From NCBI RefSeq assembly GCF_020745735.1, contig NC_083433.1:8319363-8383362 (forward strand): a stretch of DNA of 64,000 bases, written 5' to 3'. This document shows, piece after piece, positions 1-9,539 of the stretch (position 1 is its first letter; each line of letters begins with the position of its first letter). The DNA comes from Hemiscyllium ocellatum. Taxonomy: Eukaryota. The notes beneath the pieces were generated by a model. That model was not told the origin of the DNA. It made no database searches and saw only the letters and a program-made list of their open reading frames with translations. A program made the position numbers and the translations under genes.

Positions 1-90
1 CCTGGAATGTGGATGGAACCTGGGACTGTACACTTCTGCCATAAATGCATTTAGCGTTTCATGCACTTGTAACCATCACTTCTCCTCTAG

Positions 91-275
91 ATTTACTTTC
101 TCTGCTTGTGTTGGTGTTTGGCGTTCTGTCCAAGGCGAGCGTGATTATGGCTACTCCCATTTGTGCCAACGAGGGTGGTGAATGCCGGACAATATCTGTA
201 AGTGAATTGTTTCACCGTGCTGGTGAGATCTCCCACCAGATCCATGCGCTCTCCACGGAAGCGTACAATGAATTT
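91..275 (+). CDS. PRL: Prolactin exon 2 (signal peptide end, N-terminal disulfide loop, helix 1)
   Basis: Acceptor ctctag at 85-90, donor gtgag at 276; encodes ..MA|TPICANEGGECRTISVSELFHRAGEISHQIHALSTEAYNEF. Confidence 0.92.
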
Positions 276-3200
276 GTGAGTATAATTATGTTGAACTCCA
301 GTAGCTCTGAAAAGTCAACCCAATAACTTTATAAATGGAATAAAAGCAAAATACCATGGATACTTGAAACCTGGAACAAACCCAGAGAATGCTGGAAAAC
401 TCAGCAGATCTGGCAGTCTCTGTGGAGACAGATAGAGAATTAATGCTTTGAGTATGGTATGACTGAAGAAGAGTCATTCTGTACCTGAAACATTAACTCT
501 GTTTCTCTCTCCACAGATGTTGCCAGACCTGCTGAGCTTCTCCAGCGCTCTCTGTCTTTGTTACTGTAAGAGACAGTAAGATACTTGGGGGAAAAGCCAT
601 AGCCATGATCTTATTGAAACATACACTATTCTGACATGGTGAATACTGAGAGGGTATTTTCCCATTTGGGGGGGGGGGGGGGGGGAGTTGGAGTCTAGAA
701 CTAGCGCACACAATTTAAAAATTAGAGCCTTCCCTTTAAGATTAAGACTTGGTGAATTATTTTCTCTCAGAGGCTGTGAAATTTTCTTTCTCAGAAAGGT
801 GTGGAAACTGGATCATTTAACATATTCAAAGCAAGGTTATTAATCAACCAGGATGTTGCGAGTTTAGGGAGGTGTGCAGACAGGAAAGTGAACACAACCA
901 CATCAGCCATGATCTTGTTGAATGGCAAAGCAGGCTCAAAGGCCGAATGGCCTTCTCCTGCCACAAATTCTTGTGTATATTCATGGAGTCAAGGGATCAG
1001 ACGAACTTCCTTCAAAACTCTAAAACATCTGAGACGATGAATAGCAAATTATTATTTGTGCAGGTTGTTACTTTGGCATCAGATGCATTGAGGATTAATA
1101 TTGGTAATTATTTAATGCAAGGCTGGATGAATGCAGATCCACCGGATTTAGAGGCCAAATGCTGGCAAATGGGATAAGATTAATTTAGGATATCTGGTCG
1201 GCATGGATGAGTTGGAGAGAAGGGTATGTTTCTGTGTTGTACAATGCTATGACTCTATCTGCCATGATCATATTGAATGATAGAGCAGGCTTGAAGGGCT
1301 GAATGGCTTATGCTTGCTCCTACATTCTATGTTTAGAAGAAGAAGAAACAATCTTTTATTGAAACATAAAAAATCTTGTGGAAGTTTGCCAGAGTAGGTG
1401 CTGATGGTTGAAAAGAATCGATCATGAAATTCAGGGGCAAGTTTTTATTTTCTCTCCTGGCTGACTCTGTTCTGCTTCGTTCAGTTCAGTTCAAAGGAAA
1501 CCAATCACTGCAGCAGTAATGTGATTTTCTTGCTAGTTTGTGAAGTTTTCAAGCCAAGAAAGTTAGGACAAAAATCTTCAGGTTAGACCTGAAATTGAAA
1601 AGGTTAGATCTTTAGACGCAAGTGGGACTAGTTTGATTTGGCAACATGGTCTGCGTAGACTAATTGGACTGAAGGATCTGTTTCCATGCTGTATGACTCC
1701 AGGACTCTATGACTTTGGAAAGATTTTATGGTACCAGATTTGGGGAGGAGTTGTAAAATAATCTCTACAGTTCAACAAGAGAAACTGGAAAACACAGTTA
1801 ATTAGAAACTTAAATAGTTGAGATCGGGGTACAATTTGAGACTGAATATCTGTAATAGACAGTGTTGGGAAACTTTGTTTTAATGTTTGTGCTAAGATCT
1901 TTCTAACTGTAATACATGAATAGCAGGGTTTATTTCTTTGCTTCCTTTTGTATAATAAACTTGTGTTCTGTTGTTAAAGAAGATCTGCAGCCACATATGA
2001 ATATTTTCAGTGACAATCACTAATAAAACAAACAAAAAAATAAACATGGGATCTATCAAGTCAGATTTTATTCTGGAATCTGACTTGTCATCAGCTGGGA
2101 CCACAATACTTCTCCCATGAGGGGAGAACTGAACAAAACTGAAAATAAAACTAATGACTTGATTAATTCACATTGCTGATCATAAACTCAGAAGTATAAA
2201 CTTCTAATTCCATTATCACTCCAGAGGTCTCCCAAGCTCTTAATTGCAGTCACACATCTTTCTTGAACTGGTGCATTTAGGCCACTGTTCCAGAATGACT
2301 TTCTGATCTTGTGAAAAAAAAATAGCCTTCACAGCATTCACCCACATGCAACGGGTTTTAATTAAACAATTCAATTACTAAAAATAATAATATTATATAG
2401 TTATGCACCTTTCATTACAGAACCTAGATCTGGGTGGCAAAAGCACTGTTAAGACAGAGATGAGGAGAACTTTCTTCTCTCAGCAGGGGCATTAGTCTTG
2501 GAATTATCTTCCACAGAGAGAACTGTCAACTAGATTGTTGAATATTAGCGAGTTTTGAGAAGATTTGTAGCTCAGGTTGAGGTTCTGGATGTAAGTTTGC
2601 TCGCTGAGCTAGAAGGTTCATTTTCAGATGTTTCGTCACCATACTGGGGAACATCATCAGTGAGCCTTCGGACGAAGCACTGCTAGGGTTTCCTGCTTTC
2701 TATTTACAGTAGCGCCTCGACATACGAACGACCCCATTCACGAACAAATCGGTTTATGAACAGGATTGAACGTAAAATTTTGCTTCAACGTACGTACGAA
2801 ATTCAAGGTACGAACAAATGGAGTGAAGTGCAGGCTTTTGTTGAGAGGCATCACCCTAACAAAACTGTAACCAACAGAGCAGTGAACATTTTAAATGACA
2901 ATGTGATGTCCCATTTTTGGAAAATTCTGCAACAAAGCAAAAAACATGTTTCCCTGGATCGTTTTCTTGTGGCATCACCAACCTCCAAGAGACAAAAAAG
3001 AGAAAAGACTCCGGAAATATCCGAACAATGGAAAAATTGATTCAGCTTGCGAACTTTTTGGTTCGCGAACCAGGTCCCGGAACGGATTAAGTTCGTAAGT
3101 CGAGGCATTACTGTATATGTTTGGGTTTCCTTGGGTTGGTGATGTCATTTCCTGTGGTGATGTCATTCCCTATGGTGATGTCATCACCAACCCAAGGAAA

Positions 3201-6200
3201 TTCAAACATATAAATAGAAAGCAGGAAACACCAGCAGTGCTTCGTCCAGAGGCTCACTGATGATGTTACCTAGTATGGTGATGAAACGTCTGAAAATGAA
3301 CCTTCCAGCTCAGTGAGTAAACTTACATCCAGATTTTTGAATATATTCTGAGTTAACCTTTGGAGTGATAACAGAGTGTAGGGTTTTGGGGGATTAAACA
3401 GGAAAGTTAAGCTATCGCCACAACTAAATCATTTAGTCATGAACCTCAAGATTCATGGCAGAGGTGGTAAATAAAAGGATAAGCTCTTTCAGTTATATCT
3501 TTTTATTCTTAAACTATTCAAAATAACATCAGATTGTGGTAACAGTTGAAGCATTTCTCTGTATTTTACTGTACTATTCACTGTAAAATGCAAGTGACAA
3601 TTAATCATTCAATTCAATTCATTTATGATAATATTCAGCAGGACAGCAGGCTCTGGGCAGAACTGACTGACTCTGGCTCCTATTTGATTATGTTCTTCCT
3701 TTCACAGAACCAGCATTTTATTCAAGGTCAACATCTTAACTTCAGCATTATCAATAGCTGCCACACCTCCTCTATAGTGACCCCTCAGAACAAGGAAGAT
3801 GCATTACGTACACCTGTAAGTATTTCTAATGGAACAATGAGAGAAACCCTGCAAAATTTCCGCATGCATCTGAATTTTGGACAAAATCTTAGCTCCTTAT
3901 TAACTAGTGAGGAGAGGCAGGTAAATACTCCCCAAAAACAAGACCACAAGAAACAGGAACGGGAGGAGACCATTCAGCCCCTCAAGCCTGCACTGCCATT
4001 CAATAGAATCATGGCTGATTTAACATTCCTCACGTTCACTTTCCACTGTGTTTTCCTGTAACCCTTGATTTGCCGATTAATCAAGATGACATGACCTCTC
4101 ATTTGGAGAGAAGAACAGAAACTGAAACCAGGCTCATACCTAGCTACCTGGGTTCAATTTTGCACTTGACATTGTCTGTGATTTGAATTCTCTCTGTGTC
4201 CTAGCACTTTATATGGTCAGTGATGAGTTGCCATGGTTGCAAGAGGGTGAGAATGAACTTCTTCTCAAATGCCATCAATGCAGTTTCCTTGGCCGATACA
4301 CTCGGGGCTATGGTTTTCTGTTTGGCTGGTGAGGGGTCTGGGCACTGAAATGATGGGCAAAGGAACTAATTCTCCTGGTCCACTTCAGCAGCCCACATAC
4401 AGATAATCCCTTCTGCTTCTTGGTTCACATTGACCCTCCACAGAACATCTCTCCTAGATCCACCTACCCCTGTAACCCTGCATTCACCATGGCCAATCTG
4501 CCTAATCGTCACATCCCTGAACACTACAATTTTTTGGAAGCACAGTCAATCCACCAAACCTGCACATCTTTGAAAACTGGAGCACCTGGCAGACAAGAGG
4601 GGAATGTGCAAACTCCACACAGTCACCCAAAACTGGAATCAAAGCAAGGCTCCTGGCTCTGTGAGGCAGCAGTGCTAATCACAGTGCCAATGTGCACACC
4701 CTTGGTATTCTCTCATTTCTGCAAACACCTACATATGTTTGTATGTGCTTTTTCCTCCTACCCCTTCCCTGTGGCATTGGACAGTGCTGAGGGAAATGCT
4801 GAACATCATTAACTAACCCAATGGACCATTCCATCCTGCGATATCTCTTCAGCTCTTCTTCAAAATTATGCCATAAGATCTTTTAGGTCCACCTGGCACA
4901 GCTCTGTACAGTTTCATGTGCCATCTTGAAAGGCAGCACTTGCAACAGTGCAGCACTCCTTCAGCACTGCACTGGGAGTGTCAGCCGAGGTTGAGTGGCT
5001 ATATGCCATAACCGTACAAGGGTACACTTGGACACACATTACCCACTGCATCTTAAGGACTGAGGACAAATGAGGAAAAATCAGGACTAAGGATTAAAAA
5101 AAACATTTAAAATGAAACAAGAAATCATTTGCAATGTGTTCAACTCTAGCACAAACGTCTGCTGAGCCTTGTTATTGCTATTCTACGCTCCTGGCAAGAT
5201 CCTCTACAGTATGTGATCTCTGAATTCAGTGCCACCCATGGGAATACCAGCTCTATACTGAGTAAATCAGTGAAGATTGTCAAACAAATGAAGCGACTCG
5301 CCAAAGGATTGAATAAGATAAGTGAGCAGGTACTGTCATACTATTGTGGGGCAAGTAAACTACAGTACCTTTCGTAAACCCAGGACTTCTCAAAGTCTGC
5401 CACAGCCTGTTAAGCACTTGTATTTAAAGTGTTGTAATGTAAAATGCACAATAGCCAAGAATTGCTCAGAAATCTCCCATAAATAGCAAGTGATAATGAC
5501 CAGACAATCTTTTAGTTTTCTTTACTGTTAGATATGAGGGATCAACATTAGCCAGGGAGGTCTCCCTTGGCCTTCTTTAAAATAATGGCATCAGATTTAT
5601 TAGCGGTGGTTGGCACTGCTGCCTCACAGCACCACGGACCCAGGTTTGATTCCACCCTCGAGTAACTGTCAGTTTGCACATTCTTCCTGCGTGGGCTTCC
5701 TCTGGGTGCTCTAGCTTCCTCCCACAGTCCAAAGATGTGCAGCTTAGGGTGGATTGCCCATGCTAAGTTGCGCTGTAGTGTTCAGGGATGTGCAGGCTAG
5801 GTGAATTAGCCATGGGAAATGTAGGGTTACAAGGATAGGGTAGAGTAGGGGTTGGGTTTGGGTGGGACACTCTTCAGAGGGTTGGTGTGGACTCAATGGG
5901 CCGAATAGCCTCCATCCACACTGTAGGGATTCTATGATTCGATGGGGGACAGAACACTCCCTCAGTACGGTACTGGGATTTTCCTACTCAAGCTTCTTAA
6001 GTGGGACTTGAGCCTATAACCTAGAGACAAGATCGCAACTCCAACTGATCTGCCGTAGAGGGGACAATGGCCAATAGGATTAGTTTTGGGTTGCTGTGGC
6101 AAAGAGCTAGCACTGGGTTGATGGCCTCAATGCCTTCTTTCTGTATTGTAAAGGTTCAAGTTCTGTATTTGAACAAGACCAGCATCTATTGTCTGATCCC

Positions 6201-7804
6201 AAATTACCTTGAACTGAGTGGCTGATGTTGAAATGGCCGTGTATCTATTTCAGAGGGCAGTTAAGAGTCAACCACATTGCTATTTGCTTGGAGTCATGTG
6301 TAGGCCAGACCAGGTAAATGTGAAAGATTTTCTCTATTAAAGTGATCAAGATGGACTTTTATAATAATTGATGGTCACTAACTTTGAGACTAGTGTTACT
6401 TTCTAGATTTATGAATTGAATTTAAATTTCATGAGCTACCTTTATGTGGATTCAACTCCATATTTCATCTGAACTCTGGAGAACTAGGCTACTGGATTTA
6501 ACTTAAAACTGTTGCCATTCCATTGTTATATAAATGATCAGTTAGAAGGACTCATAACCCCATAAAATGGAATGTTTTGTCATGCTATTTTTTCCCATTC
6601 TGGTCTTGATCCACGATCACTTGTCAGAGTTCCACACATGATGACGTAGACAGTGACCAGCAGAAGGTCATTTGACAACTGATGGGAGTGGGAGTCTGCC
6701 TGACCTTGCTCTAATTCCAGTTGCAGAATCTCCTTAAGGCTTCAATACCATGCTCTTAACGTAGTGTAACATCACAGTGCACATCACAGGAGTCCCATTC
6801 AGACAAAATCTGACAGTGCAGTGTGCAGATAAGAAGGAACATTGGCCAAAAGCCCAATCAGAGAAAGATTTTAAGGTTTGATTTGAAGAGGGGATGAGGT
6901 GTCGGGAGTGAATTCTGGAATTTGGGGGCCTCATCTGCTGCAGGGGCGACAGGCAGGGCAATAGAAATAAAGTGAGGTGCAAGCATTCACAATTAGAGGA
7001 ATAGAGAGATCTTGGACGTTTGCAGGGCTGGAGGAGATCACAGGGAAAGGAAAGGGACATGCTTGGGACAGATTTGAAATCAAAATGTGACTGCTAAAAA
7101 GGAGCATTGCTGGACCAGGAATAGGTGAGGTTAGCAAGCAAACATAAAGGAATGATAGCTGCAAATGTGTTGCTGGTCAAAGCACAGCAGGTTAGGCAGC
7201 ATCTCAGGAATAGAGAATTCGACGTTTCGAGCATAAGCCCTTCATCAGGAATGATGAAGGGCTTATGCTCGAAACGTCGAATTCTCTATTCCTGAGATTC
7301 TGCCTAACCTGCTGTGCTTTGACCAGCAACACATTTGCAGCTGTGATCTCCAGCATCTGCAGACCTCATTTTTTACATAAAGGAATGATAGTCCCACTCT
7401 CATGAGAGAGCAATGACTAGGGGTGAATTTAATCCAAGGATCACCATGCCTCAGGTGTGGGTAGAGGTTGAGAAGGCAGGACAGGACTTCATGATGACCT
7501 CAGGAATTGAACTTATGCTTGTTGGCATTACTAGCCAGTCACCCAGTCAACTGAGCTAAGCAGGCATAAGAATGATCGCCAGTGCGTATTTATCAGCAAA
7601 TATTTCTCATTTGTGTTTCAGGTTGGACAGCACAGTGGAGCCATTGAGCAGACTGTGCCATGGGAACAGCCTTTAGATGAAGATGGAGACTCACTCATAT
7701 CGCAACTGTACAATCTCCTGCACTGCTTCAGGCGAGACACAAATAAAATTGACACTTACCTTAAACTGCTGAAATGTAGATTCACCCAGAAATTGAAATG
7801 CTGA
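91..7804 (+). CDS. PRL: Prolactin (conventional PRL/PRL1-type), exons 2-5: join(91..275,3708..3815,5150..5329,7622..7804); exon 1 upstream of window
   Basis: The spliced translation gives a signal-peptide remnant DLLSLLVLVFGVLSKASVIMA, then TPICANEGGEC..ELFHRA..SHQIHALSTEAYNEF / NQHF..INSCHTSSIVTPQNKEDA / HKRLLSLVIAILRSWQDPL..KRLAKGLNKISEQ / VGQH..LYNLLHCFRRDTNKIDTYLKLLKCRFTQKLKC*. All junctions are GT-AG with phases 1,0,0,0 as in GH/PRL genes. The motifs SHxIHxLS, INSCHTSS, LRSWxDPL and YNLLHCxRRDxxKIDxYLKLLKC match tetrapod PRL better than PRL2, GH or somatolactin. Confidence 0.92.
375..562. mobile_element. Old fold-back (palindromic) element with degenerate hammerhead core (CTGAAGA 463-469 ... 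GAAAC-ATT)
   Basis: Arms gctggaaaactcagcagatctggcagtctctgtggag and ctccacagatgttgccagacctgctgagcttctccagc are inverted repeats. Confidence 0.7.
690..1335 (+). mobile_element. CR1-clade LINE 3' fragments (several tails)
   Basis: Typical 3' UTR motifs (atcagccatgatc..gaatggc..gcaggct..aaggccgaatggcct..tcctg) seen throughout the window. Confidence 0.7.
2624..2666 (-). ncRNA. Minimal type I hammerhead ribozyme motif (Penelope repeat, left arm)
   Basis: Minus strand: UCA CUGAUGA U G UUCCC CAGUAU GGUGA C GAAAC AUC UGA. Confidence 0.55.
2707..3113 (+). mobile_element. Tigger/pogo-type (Tc1/mariner superfamily) internally deleted DNA transposon
   Basis: 23-bp TIRs CAGTAGCGCCTCGACATACGAAC / CAGTAATGCCTCGACTTACGAAC (reverse complement) with TA duplication at 2705-2706 and 3114-3115. 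The internal ORF resembles a Tigger transposase C-terminus (WSEVQAFVERHHPNK..MSHFWKILQQSKKHVSLDRFLV). Confidence 0.88.
3251..3293 (+). ncRNA. Minimal type I hammerhead ribozyme motif (Penelope repeat, right arm)
   Basis: UCA CUGAUGA U G UUACC UAGUAU GGUGA U GAAAC GUC UGA: complete core, stem II, palindromic ACGU in place of stem III. Confidence 0.72.
3708..3815 (+). CDS. PRL: Prolactin exon 3
   Basis: Acceptor ttcacag, donor gtaag; 108 nt, NQHFIQGQHLNFSIINSCHTSSIVTPQNKEDALRTP. Confidence 0.93.
4420..4695 (-). mobile_element. HE1/V-SINE, degenerate
   Basis: Reverse complement of the tRNA-like head and V-domain (tgtgaggcagcagtgctaa, tgtgcaaactccacacag). Confidence 0.8.
4855..4990 (-). mobile_element. 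Deu-domain SINE fragment (SacSINE/AmnSINE-like)
   Basis: Minus strand ggctgacactcccagtgcagtgctgaaggagtgctgcactgttgcaagtgctgcctttcaagatg matches the Deu core as recalled. Related copies lie near 29640-30020, 39050-39330 and 54060-54880. Confidence 0.65.
5150..5329 (+). CDS. PRL: Prolactin exon 4 (helices 2-3); absent from the ORF track
   Basis: Acceptor ctctag, donor gtact; 180 nt, HKRLLSLVIAILRSWQDPLQYVISEFSATHGNTSSILSKSVKIVKQMKRLAKGLNKISEQ. Confidence 0.93.
5603..5942 (+). mobile_element. HE1/V-SINE
   Basis: tRNA-like head (gcactgctgcctcacagc..ggtttgattcc), V-domain (ttcctcccacagtccaaagatgtgc), LINE-derived tail ending gattctatgattc. Confidence 0.88.
7159..7374. mobile_element. Young fold-back retroelement with central hammerhead motif and 17-bp TSD
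   Basis: Near-perfect inverted arms of about 90 bp centred near 7250; flanking direct repeat ACATAAAGGAATGATAG at 7142-7158 and 7375-7391. Confidence 0.9.
7217..7252 (-). ncRNA. Minimal type I hammerhead ribozyme motif
   Basis: Minus strand: AUUC CUGAUGA A GGGC UUAU GCUC GAAAC GUC GAAU; stem I AUUC/GAAU, stem II GGGC/GCUC. Confidence 0.72.
7622..7804 (+). CDS. PRL: Prolactin exon 5, coding part (helix 4 and C-terminal disulfide)
   Basis: Acceptor tttcag; VGQHSGAIEQTVPWEQPLDEDGDSLISQLYNLLHCFRRDTNKIDTYLKLLKCRFTQKLKC then TGA. Confidence 0.95.
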   Translation, partial: VGQHSGAIEQTVPWEQPLDEDGDSLISQLYNLLHCFRRDTNKIDTYLKLLKCRFTQKLKC

Positions 7805-7890
7805 AAGGTCACTCTCTGATCAGTGTTATAATTCTCATCTAAATGTTCACAGTTCAAGTAAATTTAGCAGCTCTTAATTGAAAATTGATA

Positions 7891-8586
7891 GATAGTCATG
7901 CAACTAACCAGTCCATAATCCCAAATTAAATCAATCCCACCTGCCTGCTCCTGGTTCATATCCTCCAACTCTTTCCTATTCATATGCTTATCCAAATGCC
8001 TTTTAAACGTAATTGCGCCTACATCTACTACTTCCTCAGGAAGTTCATTCCACACTTGAACCACCCAGGTCTTTTTTAATTCTCTCTCCTCCCACCTTAA
8101 AAATGTGCCCCCTAGACTTGAAATCTCCTACCCAAGGTAAAAGACACCTACCAGTATAGAGGCATAAAGTCATGGAGATGTACAGCACGAAAACAGACCT
8201 TTCGGTCCAACTTGTCCATGCCGACCAGATATCCCAACCCAATCTAGACCCACCTGCCAGCAGTTGGCCCATATCCCTCCAGACAGCACTTTATAAACTT
8301 CTTTAAGGCCACTACTCAACCTCCTACACTCCAGTGAAAGAGGTCCCAGCCTTTCTTTATAACTCAAAACCTCCATAACCAGCAACATTCTGGTAAATAT
8401 CTTGTGAATCTTGTCCAGCTTAATAATAACCTCCCTATAATTGGGCAACCAGAACCGGACACAGTACTCCAGAAGAGGCCTCACCAATGTCCTGTACAAT
8501 GTCAACATGACATTCCCAACTCCTATACTCAAAGATCAGAGCAGGGAAGGCAAGCATGTTAAATTCCTTTTGAACACCTGGTCTTT
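7891..8586 (-). mobile_element. CR1-clade (HER1-like) LINE 3' portion with a nested second tail (about 8157-8285), within the putative PRL 3' UTR
   Basis: ORF 8170..8532 LYRTLVRPLLEYCVRFW is a CR1 ORF2 C-terminal motif; possible TSD ATTGATA at 7884-7890 and 8587-8593. Confidence 0.85.
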
Positions 8587-8669
8587 ATTGATAACCTAAA
8601 AATAGTTGTGTTTCTTTTTCTTTTTCCACACATTCTTCTCTACAAAAAGCTTAAGAGATAGCTTCTTTC

Positions 8670-8675
8670 AATAAA
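8670..8675 (+). terminator. Candidate prolactin polyadenylation signal (AATAAA)
   Basis: First canonical AATAAA seen after the stop codon, followed by a GT/T-rich stretch (gttatgtttg); it lies just beyond a LINE insertion. Confidence 0.45.
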
Positions 8676-9539
8676 TCAGAAGTTATGTTTGATAGTCAGT
8701 CATTATGCCCTAGACTTTCACTCAAGACACTCAGCATAGTAGTAACAATCGAATTTCTGGCACATTGATGCTATTTTGTTACATCACCCCATCACTAGTT
8801 GTTCAGATTGATGATTCCATCCCATTGTTGGTTTTAGAAATCTGGACATTTGTTTGGCTTCACAACTTGTCCTCGTACTCACCCTTGGGTTCAAACCTCT
8901 CCTCTTTCTAACTTATAGATTGTTAATCCCTCTTGTATTTTTATCTAAGAAGCAACAAGAAGCATAACATTTCTTTGTGCCAGGAAGTTAAACCATTCTC
9001 AGACCATGACAAAGCTACTATCTGTTGGCTTCTCATTCAAAGAATCAATATCTTGATCCATGGTTGTACTCAATCAAGGTGAACCTTATGTAAGGAGATC
9101 AAATCTGTACACAATACTCCCAACGTGGTCCCAACAAGGCCCATTTGCGCTTGCTTTTCAATCTCTGAGATTAGTGTATAGACACCGAAAACCATCCACG
9201 TAACAGTACTCCTCAGTCTCGTCATCAAAAAAGTCAACTGCTTTTGTATTTTTGTGTTAATAACTTCACACTACATTCCAAAAGCCACGTTCCTGCCCAC
9301 TTGTTTAACTTGCGTCACTTTTTTGCATCCTCCTCACAGTTCACATTCCATTTAGCTTCGGACTGTCAGCGAACTTTGCTCCATCTCGCTCAGTCTGTAT
9401 ATCCAGGTCCCTGATACAGACTGCGAATAGCTGAAGCTCAACACTGTTCTTCTAGTACCTCTTGTTGGGTGAGATACAGCCAGAAGTTCTGACCAATTGG
9501 TGGCAACGTTGAAGTTGAACATCCTGATTGTAGAATTTT

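Larger units (their letters stand above)
2551..3333. mobile_element. Inverted pair of Penelope-like terminal repeats, each with a hammerhead motif, interrupted by a Tigger-like MITE
   Basis: 2584-2706 plus 3116-3145 is the reverse complement of about 3183-3333; homologous to the Penelope 3' end at 62340-62510 and to 11069-11355. Confidence 0.85.

Noticed and set aside
7159-7374. Long hairpins as microRNA genes, CRISPR repeats or terminators
   Set aside because: Dispersed multi-copy elements with TSDs in a vertebrate genome, with no repeat-spacer array. Small-RNA production remains possible but unsupported.
91-7804. Calling the hormone gene GH, somatolactin or PRL2
   Set aside because: The N-terminal Cys loop excludes GH, and SHxIHxLS, INSCHTSS and LRSWxDPL fit PRL better than PRL2 or somatolactin. 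A phylogeny is still needed for certainty.
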